64,000 nucleotides of DNA, taken from contig JAQUXS010000001.1 of the NCBI GenBank assembly GCA_028692255.1, forward strand, positions 38,229-102,228, in the 5' to 3' direction. Of the stretch, positions 18,571 through 29,844 are shown one piece after another (within the stretch, counting starts at the first letter, position 1; every line of letters starts with the position of its first letter). Source of the DNA: Clostridium sp. GTDB taxonomy: Bacteria; Bacillota; Clostridia; Clostridiales; Clostridiaceae. The notes under the pieces were generated by a model. It made no database searches, was not told the origin of the DNA, and saw only the letters and a program-made list of their open reading frames with translations. A program made the translations under genes and the position numbers.

Positions 18571-19400
18571 TGAAAGAAAATAATAATGTATTATCCACTG
18601 AAAATATATGTGTAAAGTTTGATAATAGATATGTACTTAAGGATGTTAATTTTAAAATTAATGAGGGAGAATTTGTAGGGCTTATTGGTTCAAATGGGGC
18701 TGGAAAATCTACTCTTCTTAAAGTTATTTTAGGACTTTTACCTGCTGATAAAGGTTTTGTAAATATGTTTGGGAAAAAAATTAAAAAAGGAAATAGAAGT
18801 ATAGGATATGTTCCTCAGAAAGTATTTTTAGATGATAATATTCCATTAAGGGGTAGAGATCTTGTTTCACTTGGACTAGATGGACATAAATTTGGAATAC
18901 CCTTTCCAAGTAAGGAAAAGAAAAGACGTGTAGATGAAATATTAAAGGCAGTAGATGCAGAAAAATTTGCTGATTCACCAGTTGGAAAGCTGTCTGGTGG
19001 AGAGCAGCAGAGACTTTTTATAGCACAGGCTCTTTTAACGGATCCTAAAATACTTTTATTAGATGAGCCACTGTCTAATCTTGATATTAAAAGTGCCTAT
19101 GAAGTTGTGAAATTAGTTTCACGTATAGCAAGGGAAAGAAAAGTAGCTGTTATATTAGTAGCACACGATATGAACCCACTTTTAGGAGTGATGGATAAAG
19201 TATTATATTTGGCACAAGGAAAAGCTGTAATGGGAACAACAGATGATGTCTTTAAAGATGATGTTTTAACTAAGCTATATGGTTATCCGGTACAGGTTCT
19301 TCATGTAAATGGAAGGATTATGGTTGTAGGAGGTCAAAACTCTATGGCAGAAGGATTTCCATTAGAAGATCATTGCCACGCATCGGAGGTTACAAAATGA
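18567..19400 (+). CDS. Metal ABC transporter ATPase (ZnuC-like)
   Basis: GSNGAGKST, GYVPQ, LSGGEQQR, LLDEP. Confidence 0.92.
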   Translation: MMKENNNVLSTENICVKFDNRYVLKDVNFKINEGEFVGLIGSNGAGKSTLLKVILGLLPADKGFVNMFGKKIKKGNRSIGYVPQKVFLDDNIPLRGRDLVSLGLDGHKFGIPFPSKEKKRRVDEILKAVDAEKFADSPVGKLSGGEQQRLFIAQALLTDPKILLLDEPLSNLDIKSAYEVVKLVSRIARERKVAVILVAHDMNPLLGVMDKVLYLAQGKAVMGTTDDVFKDDVLTKLYGYPVQVLHVNGRIMVVGGQNSMAEGFPLEDHCHASEVTK

Positions 19401-20281
19401 CACATATATTAGAAGCTTTATTTGCACAAGGCTTTTTTCAAAGTGAAGAAGTAATTAATGCCTTGGTACTTGGCAGTATTGTTGCCGCTATGTCTGGGGT
19501 TATTGGTGTGTTTGTAGTAATGAGAAGTCAGTCTTTTGCAGGACATGCAATTTCAGATTTTGGAGGGGCAGGTGCATCTATCTCATTTTTGATGGGATTT
19601 AATACACTGTGGGGATTTTTGAGTTTTGGAGTTTTTGCAGCGGTGGCTATGGAGTTTTTAGGGAATCGAGCTAGAGAAAGAGATTTATCTACAGGAATTA
19701 TACTTTCTATTGCACTTGGACTTCAATCATTATTTTTATATTTGGATACACATTTTACAGGAAAAGCTTCTGCACCTATGCTCATTTTATTTGGATCAAT
19801 TTTTGTTGTAGGACATTCTACTGTTAAAATAGTAGTGCTTTTAACAACTATGTCTGCAATTATAATAGCTTTAATTTATAGACCTCTTTTATTAAGTTCA
19901 ATTGATCCTGAACTTGCAAGCACTAGAGGAGTATCAGTACGAACGATTAATATTATATTTATTATAGTATTAGCACTTATAGTTGAGGAATGTTCTCTTA
20001 TTACAGGGTCACTTTTGAGTACCGCACTATTAATTGGACCGGCAGCAGCAGCACTTCATTTTACAGATAAAATTAGATGGACCATGTTGTGGGCTGCACT
20101 TATTGGAATAGCATCAATGTGGATTGGAATTATACTTTCTTATGACAGTTACAAATGGCCTCCTTATGGAAAAGGATGGACGGTAAGTTTCTTTGTTTCT
20201 ATTCTAGTTCTTATTTTCTATTTGATTTCAAGGTTAGTAGGACGAATCCTTAAAAACAGAAAGGTGGCTTATGATGCTTAG
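19397..20281 (+). CDS. Metal ABC permease (ABC-3/ZnuB-like)
   Basis: GVFVVMRSQSFAGHA, LFGSI, DPELASTRGV; GGAGG RBS. Confidence 0.9.
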   Translation: MTHILEALFAQGFFQSEEVINALVLGSIVAAMSGVIGVFVVMRSQSFAGHAISDFGGAGASISFLMGFNTLWGFLSFGVFAAVAMEFLGNRARERDLSTGIILSIALGLQSLFLYLDTHFTGKASAPMLILFGSIFVVGHSTVKIVVLLTTMSAIIIALIYRPLLLSSIDPELASTRGVSVRTINIIFIIVLALIVEECSLITGSLLSTALLIGPAAAALHFTDKIRWTMLWAALIGIASMWIGIILSYDSYKWPPYGKGWTVSFFVSILVLIFYLISRLVGRILKNRKVAYDA

Positions 20282-21074
20282 CTTAGGAATGTTTACAGAT
20301 TCATTTATGATCAATGCATGGATTAGTGGAACTATGGTAGCTATTATATGTGCCTTTGTAGGTTTTTTTGTGGTTATTAGACGTTCTGTTTTTGCTGCAC
20401 ATGCATTACCTCAAGCTGGGTTTGCAGGTGGGGCAGGTGCTGTTTTATGGCAATTTGATCCTATGTATGGACTCCTAACTTTTTCTGTGCTTGGAGCTCT
20501 ACTAATTGGTTATCTTTCAAAAAAAGAAAAAAATGATGTTACTACTGCTCTTATTTTAGTTGCAGCACTTGGAGTTGGAGCACTTTTTCTAGGGCTTACT
20601 GATAAGTATGCAATGGGTGCTTATGTTCTTCTATTTGGTCAAATTGTAGGCGTAAGTTTTAATCAAGCAATTGAAACTGTAGTTCTTGGCACAATTTGCA
20701 TTTTTGTTCTTTTGTTTTTATATAGACCGCTAGTACTAACGTCTTTATCAAAAGAAATAGCAGAAGCTAGAGGAGTTTCAACATCATTTTTTCAGATGTG
20801 TTTCTTGGTTTTAGTCGGTGTTGTTTGTGCTATAACTGTACCTATAGTAGGTGCACTTTTAAGTTTTAGTTTGTTAGTTGCACCAACGGCAGCAAGTATT
20901 TATATTACAAGTAATCCTAAAAAAGTTATGTTTTTATCTATTGTTCTGTCCCTTATTATTGTTTGGAGCTCACTTATTCTGGCTTATTTGTCAGGGTGGC
21001 CAATTGGATTTTTTGTAGCAATAATAGGAGCAATATTTTATGTTATTGCAAGATTAATAGCATATTTTAAATAA
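20271..21074 (+). CDS. Second metal ABC permease (ABC-3)
   Basis: GFFVVIRRSVFAAHA, LFGQI, AEARGV, VGALL. Confidence 0.9.
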   Translation: MMLSLGMFTDSFMINAWISGTMVAIICAFVGFFVVIRRSVFAAHALPQAGFAGGAGAVLWQFDPMYGLLTFSVLGALLIGYLSKKEKNDVTTALILVAALGVGALFLGLTDKYAMGAYVLLFGQIVGVSFNQAIETVVLGTICIFVLLFLYRPLVLTSLSKEIAEARGVSTSFFQMCFLVLVGVVCAITVPIVGALLSFSLLVAPTAASIYITSNPKKVMFLSIVLSLIIVWSSLILAYLSGWPIGFFVAIIGAIFYVIARLIAYFK

Positions 21075-21133
21075 TAGCGGTTTATATATTGGTATAATGT
21101 TACTAATACATATAATTGGAAGGTGAAATTGTA

Positions 21134-21628
21134 ATGGAATATAAAATTGATAACATGAAATGTGAAGATTGGGATGAAGTGGGACAAATATATCTTCAAG
21201 GAATAAAAACTAAAATAGCAACTTTTAATTCAGAAGTCCCAAAATTTGAAAAGTGGGATAGTGAACATATTAAAGAGTGCAGGTTTGTTGCAAAAAATGA
21301 AAATAAGCATGTTATTGGTTGGGTTGCATTAAGTCCTACTTCTAATATGTGTGCATATAGAGGAGTTGCAGAAGTTAGTATATACATTGATGAAAACTAT
21401 AGGAAAATGGGGATAGGTCAGAGTCTTCTAAAGAAGATGATTATTGAATCAGAGAAAAAAGGATTCTGGACATTAGAATCTCTTATTATAGAAGATAATA
21501 TACAAAGTATTGAACTGCATAAGAAATGCGGGTTTAGGGAAGTAGGAATAAGAGAAAAGCTAGGTAAAATGGATAACGGAATATGGCATGATGTTGTTGT
21601 AATGGAACGAAGAAGTAAATTAGTTTAA
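21134..21628 (+). CDS. GNAT N-acetyltransferase (phosphinothricin acetyltransferase/YwnH-like)
   Basis: IATF, AYRGVAEVSIY, RKMGIG, LHKKCGF, WHDVVVMERR. Confidence 0.85.
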   Translation: MEYKIDNMKCEDWDEVGQIYLQGIKTKIATFNSEVPKFEKWDSEHIKECRFVAKNENKHVIGWVALSPTSNMCAYRGVAEVSIYIDENYRKMGIGQSLLKKMIIESEKKGFWTLESLIIEDNIQSIELHKKCGFREVGIREKLGKMDNGIWHDVVVMERRSKLV

Positions 21629-21693
21629 AATTTTTATAAAAACAGCCCATAAAATTTTGCAAAGGTTAAGTCAAAGTTTTGTGGGCTTTAATT

Positions 21694-23709
21694 TTAGATA
21701 TCTTCGTCGTTTTTAAGGATCTTTAGAAATGCATTTACTATTTTAGGGTCAAATTGAGTTCCGGAACATCGTTTTAATTCATTTATGGCATAATCTAAAT
21801 TCATAGCATCTTTATATGCTCTTTTATGAGTCATTACGTCAAAAGAATCCATTACATTTATTATTCGTGATAAAATCGGTATTTCATTTCCTTTTAAGCC
21901 ATTTGGATAGCCTGTCCCATCAAATTTTTCATGATGGCATAGAATTTCATTAGCTATATATCTAAGCTCAGGTGTTGCCATAGCTATTCTATAACCTATT
22001 TCAGTATGTTGCTTCATCATTTTCCATTCTTCATCATTTAATTTACCAGGTTTTGATAATATAGTATCAGGTATACCAATTTTGCCTATGTCGTGAAGTG
22101 AACTTAATAATTCCAATTCATACAATTTGTCATTAGATAGATTAAGAGATTTTCCTAATGCAGTGCTTAATTTTTTTACTCTTTCTGTGTGAGCTTCTGT
22201 ATCGCTGTGTTTTTCGTATAAAGTTTTTAGTAGAGATATTAAGGTTGCATTTTTAGAGCTATTTACTTTTACAAGTTTTTCTCGGTATAACCTTTGTTCA
22301 GCTGCATTTATTATCAAGTCTGAAGTTTCACAATTCTCTCTTCTAGCACTTCCAAAAGATAAACTTATATCAAAATTGAAATCAGTAATTTTTAGGTAAC
22401 TACTTTTTATAGTGTTTATTAGATTTAATAAATATTCTTTATCTTTTTCTATAGTAATTATTATAAATTGTCCTCCTATTATTCTTGCAGCAATATCATC
22501 TTCGGCACAGGAATCACTTAATATATTACTTGTTTTACAAATTAGTAAATTTCCTTTTTTACGATTAAAAGCGATGTTTACATATTTTAAGCCATCTATA
22601 TCAACAAACAGCAAATCATAAATTATATTCTTCTTTTTATCTAATTTATTAAGTTCTTTTTCAATGTAAAATTTATTTTTTAGTACAGTGAGATTGTCAT
22701 AGTAGTTTGAATTTAACATGTCTTTATGTTGAAAATCTAATAGGGAAAGAAATTTATTTGTTGACTTGGCTAAATTTGACAGTTCATCATTACCAGTAAC
22801 TTCTATACGATTTTTTAGGCTACCAGTCTTAGATAAATTATGAACAAAAGTATTCATGGAATTAATTGGTTTTAAAATAAGTTTATTTAGAATCAATAAT
22901 ATAGTAATAAAGAATATAGTCAATAAAAGTGAAAAAATAATAATAAAATTTCTTAAATATGTATTTTCTAAAGTATATCCATTTGTAGAGATTGTATTTG
23001 AAACTATTAAAGACATGTTTCCATTTATATCTTTAATAGTTCTATACTCTGTAACGAAATTTTTGCCTTTTGTTGTTTTGTTATTATATGAAGAATCAAT
23101 TCCTTTGATTTCAAAATTGGATTGAGTTATAGAATTCATATAACTTATTAATGATTTATCGATATAACGTCCTATTATGAGATTACCTACACTTTTAGCT
23201 TTACCATTGCTTGTTGTTATAGGTGAAACTGCAATGAGAAAAATTTTACCTTTAATCTTTAATATACCAACATTTACAATATTGGTATTATTATTCTTAA
23301 AAAAATTTTTGTTAGTATAGAAATTGTTTAAAAGATTATTTTTAATAGTAGTATCTAAATTGGTAGTACTATTAATCAAATTATTATTTTTATTTAGAAA
23401 AAACATAAAATTTAAATTTAATTGATTCAATGTGCCTTTACCAAGATTATCATCTATATATTGTTGATTACTAGAAAGTATAAAATTATAAGTGCTGTCC
23501 CAAATTGACCAATCTGAAGATGTTTGTTTTAATCCATTTGTTTCATGATTAATAATCTGATTAAATGATCCATAATTCTTATTAAAAGTATTTGTTTCCA
23601 TTTTATGCGAATAATTAAATATAGAAAAATCAAACATTATAAATGTAAAAGCAGTAACAAACAAAAAACTTATAAAAGAGATCAAAAGAGCTTTTAATTT
23701 AATGCTCAT
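21694..23709 (-). CDS. Membrane CHASE4-HAMP-(degenerate GGDEF)-HD-GYP protein, probable c-di-GMP phosphodiesterase
   Basis: DWSIWDSTY (CHASE4), HAMP GNDEL, GGDEF site reads IGGQF, HDIGK and HHEKFDGTGYP intact. Confidence 0.88.
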   Translation of the reverse strand: MSIKLKALLISFISFLFVTAFTFIMFDFSIFNYSHKMETNTFNKNYGSFNQIINHETNGLKQTSSDWSIWDSTYNFILSSNQQYIDDNLGKGTLNQLNLNFMFFLNKNNNLINSTTNLDTTIKNNLLNNFYTNKNFFKNNNTNIVNVGILKIKGKIFLIAVSPITTSNGKAKSVGNLIIGRYIDKSLISYMNSITQSNFEIKGIDSSYNNKTTKGKNFVTEYRTIKDINGNMSLIVSNTISTNGYTLENTYLRNFIIIFSLLLTIFFITILLILNKLILKPINSMNTFVHNLSKTGSLKNRIEVTGNDELSNLAKSTNKFLSLLDFQHKDMLNSNYYDNLTVLKNKFYIEKELNKLDKKKNIIYDLLFVDIDGLKYVNIAFNRKKGNLLICKTSNILSDSCAEDDIAARIIGGQFIIITIEKDKEYLLNLINTIKSSYLKITDFNFDISLSFGSARRENCETSDLIINAAEQRLYREKLVKVNSSKNATLISLLKTLYEKHSDTEAHTERVKKLSTALGKSLNLSNDKLYELELLSSLHDIGKIGIPDTILSKPGKLNDEEWKMMKQHTEIGYRIAMATPELRYIANEILCHHEKFDGTGYPNGLKGNEIPILSRIINVMDSFDVMTHKRAYKDAMNLDYAINELKRCSGTQFDPKIVNAFLKILKNDEDI

Positions 23710-23792
23710 ATAATATGCCTCCTTTTTGATATTTTATTATATCTTTAATATCGTTTAATATATCGTTTACTAAATATATGATGAAAAAAAGT

Positions 23793-23841
23793 ATCGCCCT
23801 TTATATACATTTAAAATTATCAATGTATATAAAGGGCGATC
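23793..23841. terminator. Terminator of the ECF S-component gene
   Basis: ATCGCCCTTTATATACATT...AATGTATATAAAGGGCGAT stem. Confidence 0.75.
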
Positions 23842-23863
23842 AATTATATAAATAATGTTATTT

Positions 23864-24430
23864 CTATAATCTTTTTATTAGTCCACTTTTGTCTAAAATT
23901 AAAACAATAGGAACTGCTAGTACAATACCCACTGCAAATTGAGATATGTTACCAGGTACATCAAGGACTGATCTTGTAATTGCAACTGTTAGATTTGATG
24001 AAACTGTAAGTAAATATACTATTATTCCGGCACCAAAATAAGCTATAACTTCCCAAATGCCAGCAGATATAAAGGCTATAATATACATAATAAATTTATT
24101 ATTATTTTTACTCCATTTGTAATAAATAGCGCTAGCAATAAGTGCCATTACAGCTTTTATAACTAAAGTAAATGGAGAATATATTAAGTATCCACCAAGA
24201 AAATCAGATAAAAAACCACCAAGACCAGCAGCTAAAGCACCTTTTTTACCCCCAAGTATTATTGCTGCTGCAAAAACCATACTATCTCCAACATTTACAT
24301 ATCCAGTACCCGATGGAGAAGGTATTTTAATAATATAAGTTGCTACAAATACTAATGCAGCTATAAGAGCCATTTGAATAAGATTTTGCAAAGTAATATT
24401 TTGTCTTGAATTATCCATGTATAAAGCCAC
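23864..24430 (-). CDS. ECF transporter S component (PdxU2/HmpT-like)
   Basis: ALIAAL, GYVNVGD, GGFLSDFLGGY; six TM helices. Confidence 0.85.
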   Translation of the reverse strand: MALYMDNSRQNITLQNLIQMALIAALVFVATYIIKIPSPSGTGYVNVGDSMVFAAAIILGGKKGALAAGLGGFLSDFLGGYLIYSPFTLVIKAVMALIASAIYYKWSKNNNKFIMYIIAFISAGIWEVIAYFGAGIIVYLLTVSSNLTVAITRSVLDVPGNISQFAVGIVLAVPIVLILDKSGLIKRL

Positions 24431-24562
24431 CCCTTTTTATAAATTAGTTTAAATTATATAACAAAACTTATAGATATAAAAATGTATGGATACAAAGATA
24501 TTTTGAATAAAAAAATACTGAATGGAAATTAACCATTCAGTATTAAATGTTATAAAGTAAAA

Positions 24563-24805
24563 CTATTCACTTTTAAGTTCAGCTAAACAGCTTTTACATA
24601 TATTTTTTCCTTTGTAATTTACTACGTTACTTGCATCTCCACAGAATATACAAGCTGGTTGATATTTCTTTAATATAATATGTTCACCGTCTACATAAAT
24701 TTCAAGAGCATCTTTTTCAGCTATATCCAAAGTTCTTCTTAATTCTATAGGAATAACAATTCTTCCAAGTTCATCTACTTTTCTTACAACACCTGTTGAT
24801 TTCAT
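24563..24805 (-). CDS. abrB: Transition-state regulator AbrB
   Basis: MKSTGVVRKVDELGRIVIPIELRR and a C-terminal CxxC...CxxC. Confidence 0.96.
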   Translation of the reverse strand: MKSTGVVRKVDELGRIVIPIELRRTLDIAEKDALEIYVDGEHIILKKYQPACIFCGDASNVVNYKGKNICKSCLAELKSE

Positions 24806-24860
24806 ATCACATAACCTCCATATTTATAAATTTACAAAAATCGACCTTTAATATGTTTAA

Positions 24861-24974
24861 ATGATACCAATGATTACATAAAAAGTCAATAGTTTTTTAA
24901 TGCAAATATAAAAATATAACAAAATGTTATAAAAGAATACTCAAATGTTATAAAATGTTAATATCCTTTCGACA
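24861..24974 (-). promoter_or_regulatory. abrB SigA promoter and upstream 0A box
   Basis: TTGACT-17-TATCAT on the minus strand (24889-24861); TGTCGAA at 24974-24968. Confidence 0.55.
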
Positions 24975-25133
24975 AAAATATATTATATTCCGAAAATTAA
25001 AAAAAAGAGAGAAAAGCACTTGATTATTAATAGTTAATGTTATATAATAATAATTGTTGAAAGACAAACAAAAGATTACTAAAATAAAGATCGCAAATAA
25101 AATAAAAAAATTATTATCGGGAGGAATGTTATT

Positions 25134-25679
25134 ATGAAAAATTTTGTGTGTAGTGTATGTGGATATGTTTATGTAGGGGAAGAAGCACCAGAAAAATGTC
25201 CAATATGTGGAGCAGGAAAAGATAAATTCGTAGAAAAAACTGATGAAAACTTAGAATGGGCAGATGAACATAGAGTTGGAGTTGCTAAAGGTGTTGACTC
25301 AAAAGTAGTTGAAGGATTAAAGGCTAATTTCACTGGTGAATGTTCAGAAGTTGGTATGTATTTAGCAATGAGCCGTCAAGCAATTAGAGAAGGATATCCA
25401 GAAGTTGGTCAATTCTTTAAAACAGTTGCATTTGAAGAAGCAGAGCATGCATCAAAATTTGCAGAACTTCTTGGAGAAGTTGTTACAGATAGTACTAAGC
25501 AGAATCTTGAACTCAGAGTTGCAGCAGAATACGGCGCTACTAAAGGTAAAAAAGATTTAGCTACACTTGCTAAAAAGCTTAACTACGATGCTATCCATGA
25601 TACAGTTCATGAAATGTGCAAAGATGAAGCACGTCATGGTAAGGGATTCCAAGGATTATTAAATAGATACTTCAAATAA
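25134..25679 (+). CDS. rbr: Reverse rubrerythrin (NADH peroxidase)
   Basis: N-terminal rubredoxin CSVCGY...CPICG, then diiron EAEH and DEARH. Confidence 0.93.
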   Translation: MKNFVCSVCGYVYVGEEAPEKCPICGAGKDKFVEKTDENLEWADEHRVGVAKGVDSKVVEGLKANFTGECSEVGMYLAMSRQAIREGYPEVGQFFKTVAFEEAEHASKFAELLGEVVTDSTKQNLELRVAAEYGATKGKKDLATLAKKLNYDAIHDTVHEMCKDEARHGKGFQGLLNRYFK

Positions 25680-25711
25680 TTTTAAAAAAGCCAGATAAAA
25701 TGATTTAATAT

Positions 25712-25764
25712 AAGGGACTGTCACACTAACATTTGATTTTATTATGTTAATGCGACAGTCCCTT
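25712..25764. repeat. REP-like palindrome copy
   Basis: AAGGGACTGTCACACTAACAT...ATGTTAATGCGACAGTCCCTT. Confidence 0.65.
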
Positions 25765-26295
25765 TTATTTCATTTTAGGAACAATTTTTCTAACTTTTTT
25801 AGAATAAACGATTATGTAATTTATAAAGGCTATAATAGCACTTATTATTGAGATATAAATTAATATTTTACCAACATAATTGTTGTATGCAAAAAAAAGA
25901 ATAGAAAAAAAGAATAGAAATGATGATATTTTACCAAATATATTTGAAGGTATAATAATATTACTGCGATATAGATAAATACCAAACAAAATCATTGATA
26001 ATTCCTTTGCTAGAATTATTAAAAATATCCAAAGTGGTATGTATAATTTTAAAGACAGACACAAAAGTACAGTTAAAAGCATTAGTTTATCTGCCAGTGG
26101 GTCAAGAACAATACCAGTCTTTGTAATTAAATTATATTTTCTAGCTATATAGCCATCTAATATGTCTGTTACACCTGCTGTGAAAAAAACTAAAGATGAA
26201 ATTTGAAGGCTATGTGCGTTGTCTAGAAAAAAGCATATTGCAAATAAAGGAACGAAAAGTAATCTTATAAATGTAAGAAAATTTGGTATGTTCAA
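25765..26295 (-). CDS. CDP-alcohol phosphatidyltransferase (PgsA-like)
   Basis: NIPNFLT, DILDGYIAR...GIVLDPLADK. Confidence 0.9.
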   Translation of the reverse strand: MNIPNFLTFIRLLFVPLFAICFFLDNAHSLQISSLVFFTAGVTDILDGYIARKYNLITKTGIVLDPLADKLMLLTVLLCLSLKLYIPLWIFLIILAKELSMILFGIYLYRSNIIIPSNIFGKISSFLFFFSILFFAYNNYVGKILIYISIISAIIAFINYIIVYSKKVRKIVPKMK

Positions 26296-26445
26296 TTTAG
26301 CACCCCCGTTAGAAGTATACTATTATAAGTATTCCACAGATAATATAAATTATAAATATTTATAATTATTTATAATTTTGTGTATTATATTATATATTAT
26401 TTAAAGTTAGGTGTACAGTTTATTATTAACAAGGATTAAAAGATG

Positions 26446-26523
26446 AATACACGAACCTTAAAAAAAATATTAATAATAATATTCGCTTAATTTGTTGACT
26501 AGTTTATTTTGCTTTGATAATAT
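26446..26523 (+). promoter_or_regulatory. PurR double PurBox and SigA promoter of the oxidoreductase-purA operon
   Basis: ACACGAAC (GAAC ends 26456)-N24-ATTCG (26481), matching the Bacillus GAAC-N24-GTTC architecture; TTGACT-17-TAATAT directly downstream. Confidence 0.6.
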
Positions 26524-26542
26524 GTTAAAGGAGGGATGTAAT

Positions 26543-27949
26543 GTGAAAAATAACTACGATGTTTTAATAGTAGGAGCAGGCCCAGCAGGTATTTTTACTG
26601 CATTAGAATTAACAAAACTTAGACCAGAACTAAGTATATTAATAGTAGATAAAGGACGAGGCATTGAAAAAAGAACTTGTCCAGCAAGAAAAACAGGTAA
26701 ATGCGTGCATTGTAATCCATGTTCAATAACATTTGGATGGTCTGGAGCAGGCGCCTTCTCTGATGGAAAATTATCATTAAGTCCAGAAGTTGGTGGGAGA
26801 ATACTTGATTATTACTCAGAAGAAGAAGCTCAAAAATTAGTTAATTATTGTGATGATATATATATAAGCTTTGGAGCAAATAAAACAGTTTATGGACTTA
26901 ATACTGAAAGAGTTGAAGATATAAAATATGAAGCAAGTAAACATAATATACGTTTAATTGCTTGTCCTGTAAGACATCTAGGAACTGAACTTGCCTATGA
27001 TGTATTAAAGAAAATGTATTTGCATTTAATTAATGAAACAAATACCGAATTTGAAGAACTTACAGAAGTTATAAATGTAATATCAGAGGATAAAAAAGTA
27101 AAAGGTGTGACGCTTAAAAATAAGGGAAAAGAATTTACTGTGAAAGCTAATAAAGTTATTGTGGCACCTGGAAGAGGTGGCGCTGAGTGGTTTTCAAAAG
27201 AAGCAAAAAAATTAAATATAAAAACTACAAATAATGCAGTAGATATAGGTGTTAGAGTAGAGGTACCAAATTCTATAATGGATCATCTTACAAAAGATTT
27301 ATATGAGGCTAAACTTGTATATTATTCTGATACATTTGATAATAAAGTTAGAACATTTTGTATGAATCCAGGCGGAGTTGTTTCACAGGAACATTATGAT
27401 GGTGGTATGGCAGTAGTGAATGGACATAGTTATTCTGAAAAAGAGCTTAGAACTAATAATACGAATTTTGCTATGCTTGTATCTACAACTTTTACAGAAC
27501 CATTTAACCAGCCTATTGATTATGGTGAATATATTGCAAAACTTGGAAACATGCTAACAGGTGGAGGCGTAATGGTCCAAAGACTTGGAGATTTACTTAA
27601 TGGTAGAAGGACAGACTATTCAAGGCTTAAGAAATCTACAACAGTACCGACTTTAAAGGATGCAGTCCCAGGAGATTTAAGCTTTGTACTTCCGCAAAGG
27701 CATCTTACTTCTATTGTAGAGGCTTTAAAAGCATTTGATAAATTAGCACCTGGGTTATATAGTAAAAATACTCTTTTATATGGAGTTGAAGTGAAATTTT
27801 ATTCAAGCAAGTTTGAAACAAATAATAAATTTGAAACTGAAATACAAGGTTTATATGCTATAGGTGATGGAGCAGGAATTACAAGAGGACTTATGCAAGC
27901 ATCTGTAACTGGAGTGATTGTTGCAAGAGACATAGTTAAAGAAAAATAA
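26543..27949 (+). CDS. Uncharacterised FAD-dependent oxidoreductase with an N-terminal Cys cluster
   Basis: GAGPAG, CP...CVHCNPC, GAGAFSDGK, FCMNPGG, GDGAGITRG; GAGG RBS before GTG 26543. Confidence 0.85.
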   Translation: MKNNYDVLIVGAGPAGIFTALELTKLRPELSILIVDKGRGIEKRTCPARKTGKCVHCNPCSITFGWSGAGAFSDGKLSLSPEVGGRILDYYSEEEAQKLVNYCDDIYISFGANKTVYGLNTERVEDIKYEASKHNIRLIACPVRHLGTELAYDVLKKMYLHLINETNTEFEELTEVINVISEDKKVKGVTLKNKGKEFTVKANKVIVAPGRGGAEWFSKEAKKLNIKTTNNAVDIGVRVEVPNSIMDHLTKDLYEAKLVYYSDTFDNKVRTFCMNPGGVVSQEHYDGGMAVVNGHSYSEKELRTNNTNFAMLVSTTFTEPFNQPIDYGEYIAKLGNMLTGGGVMVQRLGDLLNGRRTDYSRLKKSTTVPTLKDAVPGDLSFVLPQRHLTSIVEALKAFDKLAPGLYSKNTLLYGVEVKFYSSKFETNNKFETEIQGLYAIGDGAGITRGLMQASVTGVIVARDIVKEK

Positions 27950-29266
<1,317 letters not shown>

Positions 29267-29349
29267 ATATATAATACTTTTGTTGTGATTTTAATTGTTA
29301 ATATGTTATAATCACAATACAATTATAAAAGGAAATGAGGTATGAATTT

Positions 29350-29535
29350 ATGGAGTTTGAAAAAACTATGACAATTGGGGAAATTTTAAAAGCAAAACCA
29401 GATGTATTTGAAACTTTAATGAGTTTTGGAATGGGTTGTGTAGGATGCCCTGCTTCACAGATGGAAACATTAGAAGAAGCAGCAATGGTTCATGGACTTG
29501 ATGTTAATGATATATTAACTGCAATAAATAAATAG
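29350..29535 (+). CDS. DUF1858 small Cys protein
   Basis: [23 protein letters not shown]. Confidence 0.85.
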   Translation: MEFEKTMTIGEILKAKPDVFETLMSFGMGCVGCPASQMETLEEAAMVHGLDVNDILTAINK

Positions 29536-29556
29536 TTATATTGAAGAATTTAAAAG

Positions 29557-29589
29557 AGACTGCCGCATTAAAAAATAGTGCGGCAGTTT
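29557..29589. repeat. REP-like palindrome copy
   Basis: GACTGCCGCATT...AGTGCGGCAGTT. Confidence 0.65.
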
Positions 29590-29608
29590 ATTTTTTTGGT
29601 AAAAAATA

Positions 29609-29698
29609 TTATTTAGCTGCGTAGAAGAACCAGTAAATGGCATATAAGGCGCATAAAACTATTATTATAGTAAATAAAACTAACACTGATCTTTTCAA
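29609..29698 (-). CDS. Unannotated 29-aa single-pass membrane peptide MKRSVLVLFTIIIVLCALYAIYWFFYAAK
   Basis: AGGAGG at 29715-29710, TTG start 11 nt later, one hydrophobic helix, TAA 20 nt before a hairpin. Confidence 0.6.
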   Translation of the reverse strand: MKRSVLVLFTIIIVLCALYAIYWFFYAAK

Positions 29699-29844
29699 TC
29701 TAAAACACGCCTCCTAATTGGTAACATATAAAATTTTACATTACAATTTAAATGAATTCTTTAATATGATATCATTATAATATCACAAATATGTTAAAGA
29801 ATTTGTGAAGTAATAATTAATTTTTGTGAGAGAGGAGCAATAAC

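Noticed and set aside
169-23709. Integrative island at tRNA-Thr(CGT)
   Set aside because: No integrase or transposase, and no duplicated tRNA 3' end seen in the window
24431-24545. Riboswitch for the ECF S component
   Set aside because: The region is short and AT-rich and holds only the abrB terminator and a 5-bp inverted repeat
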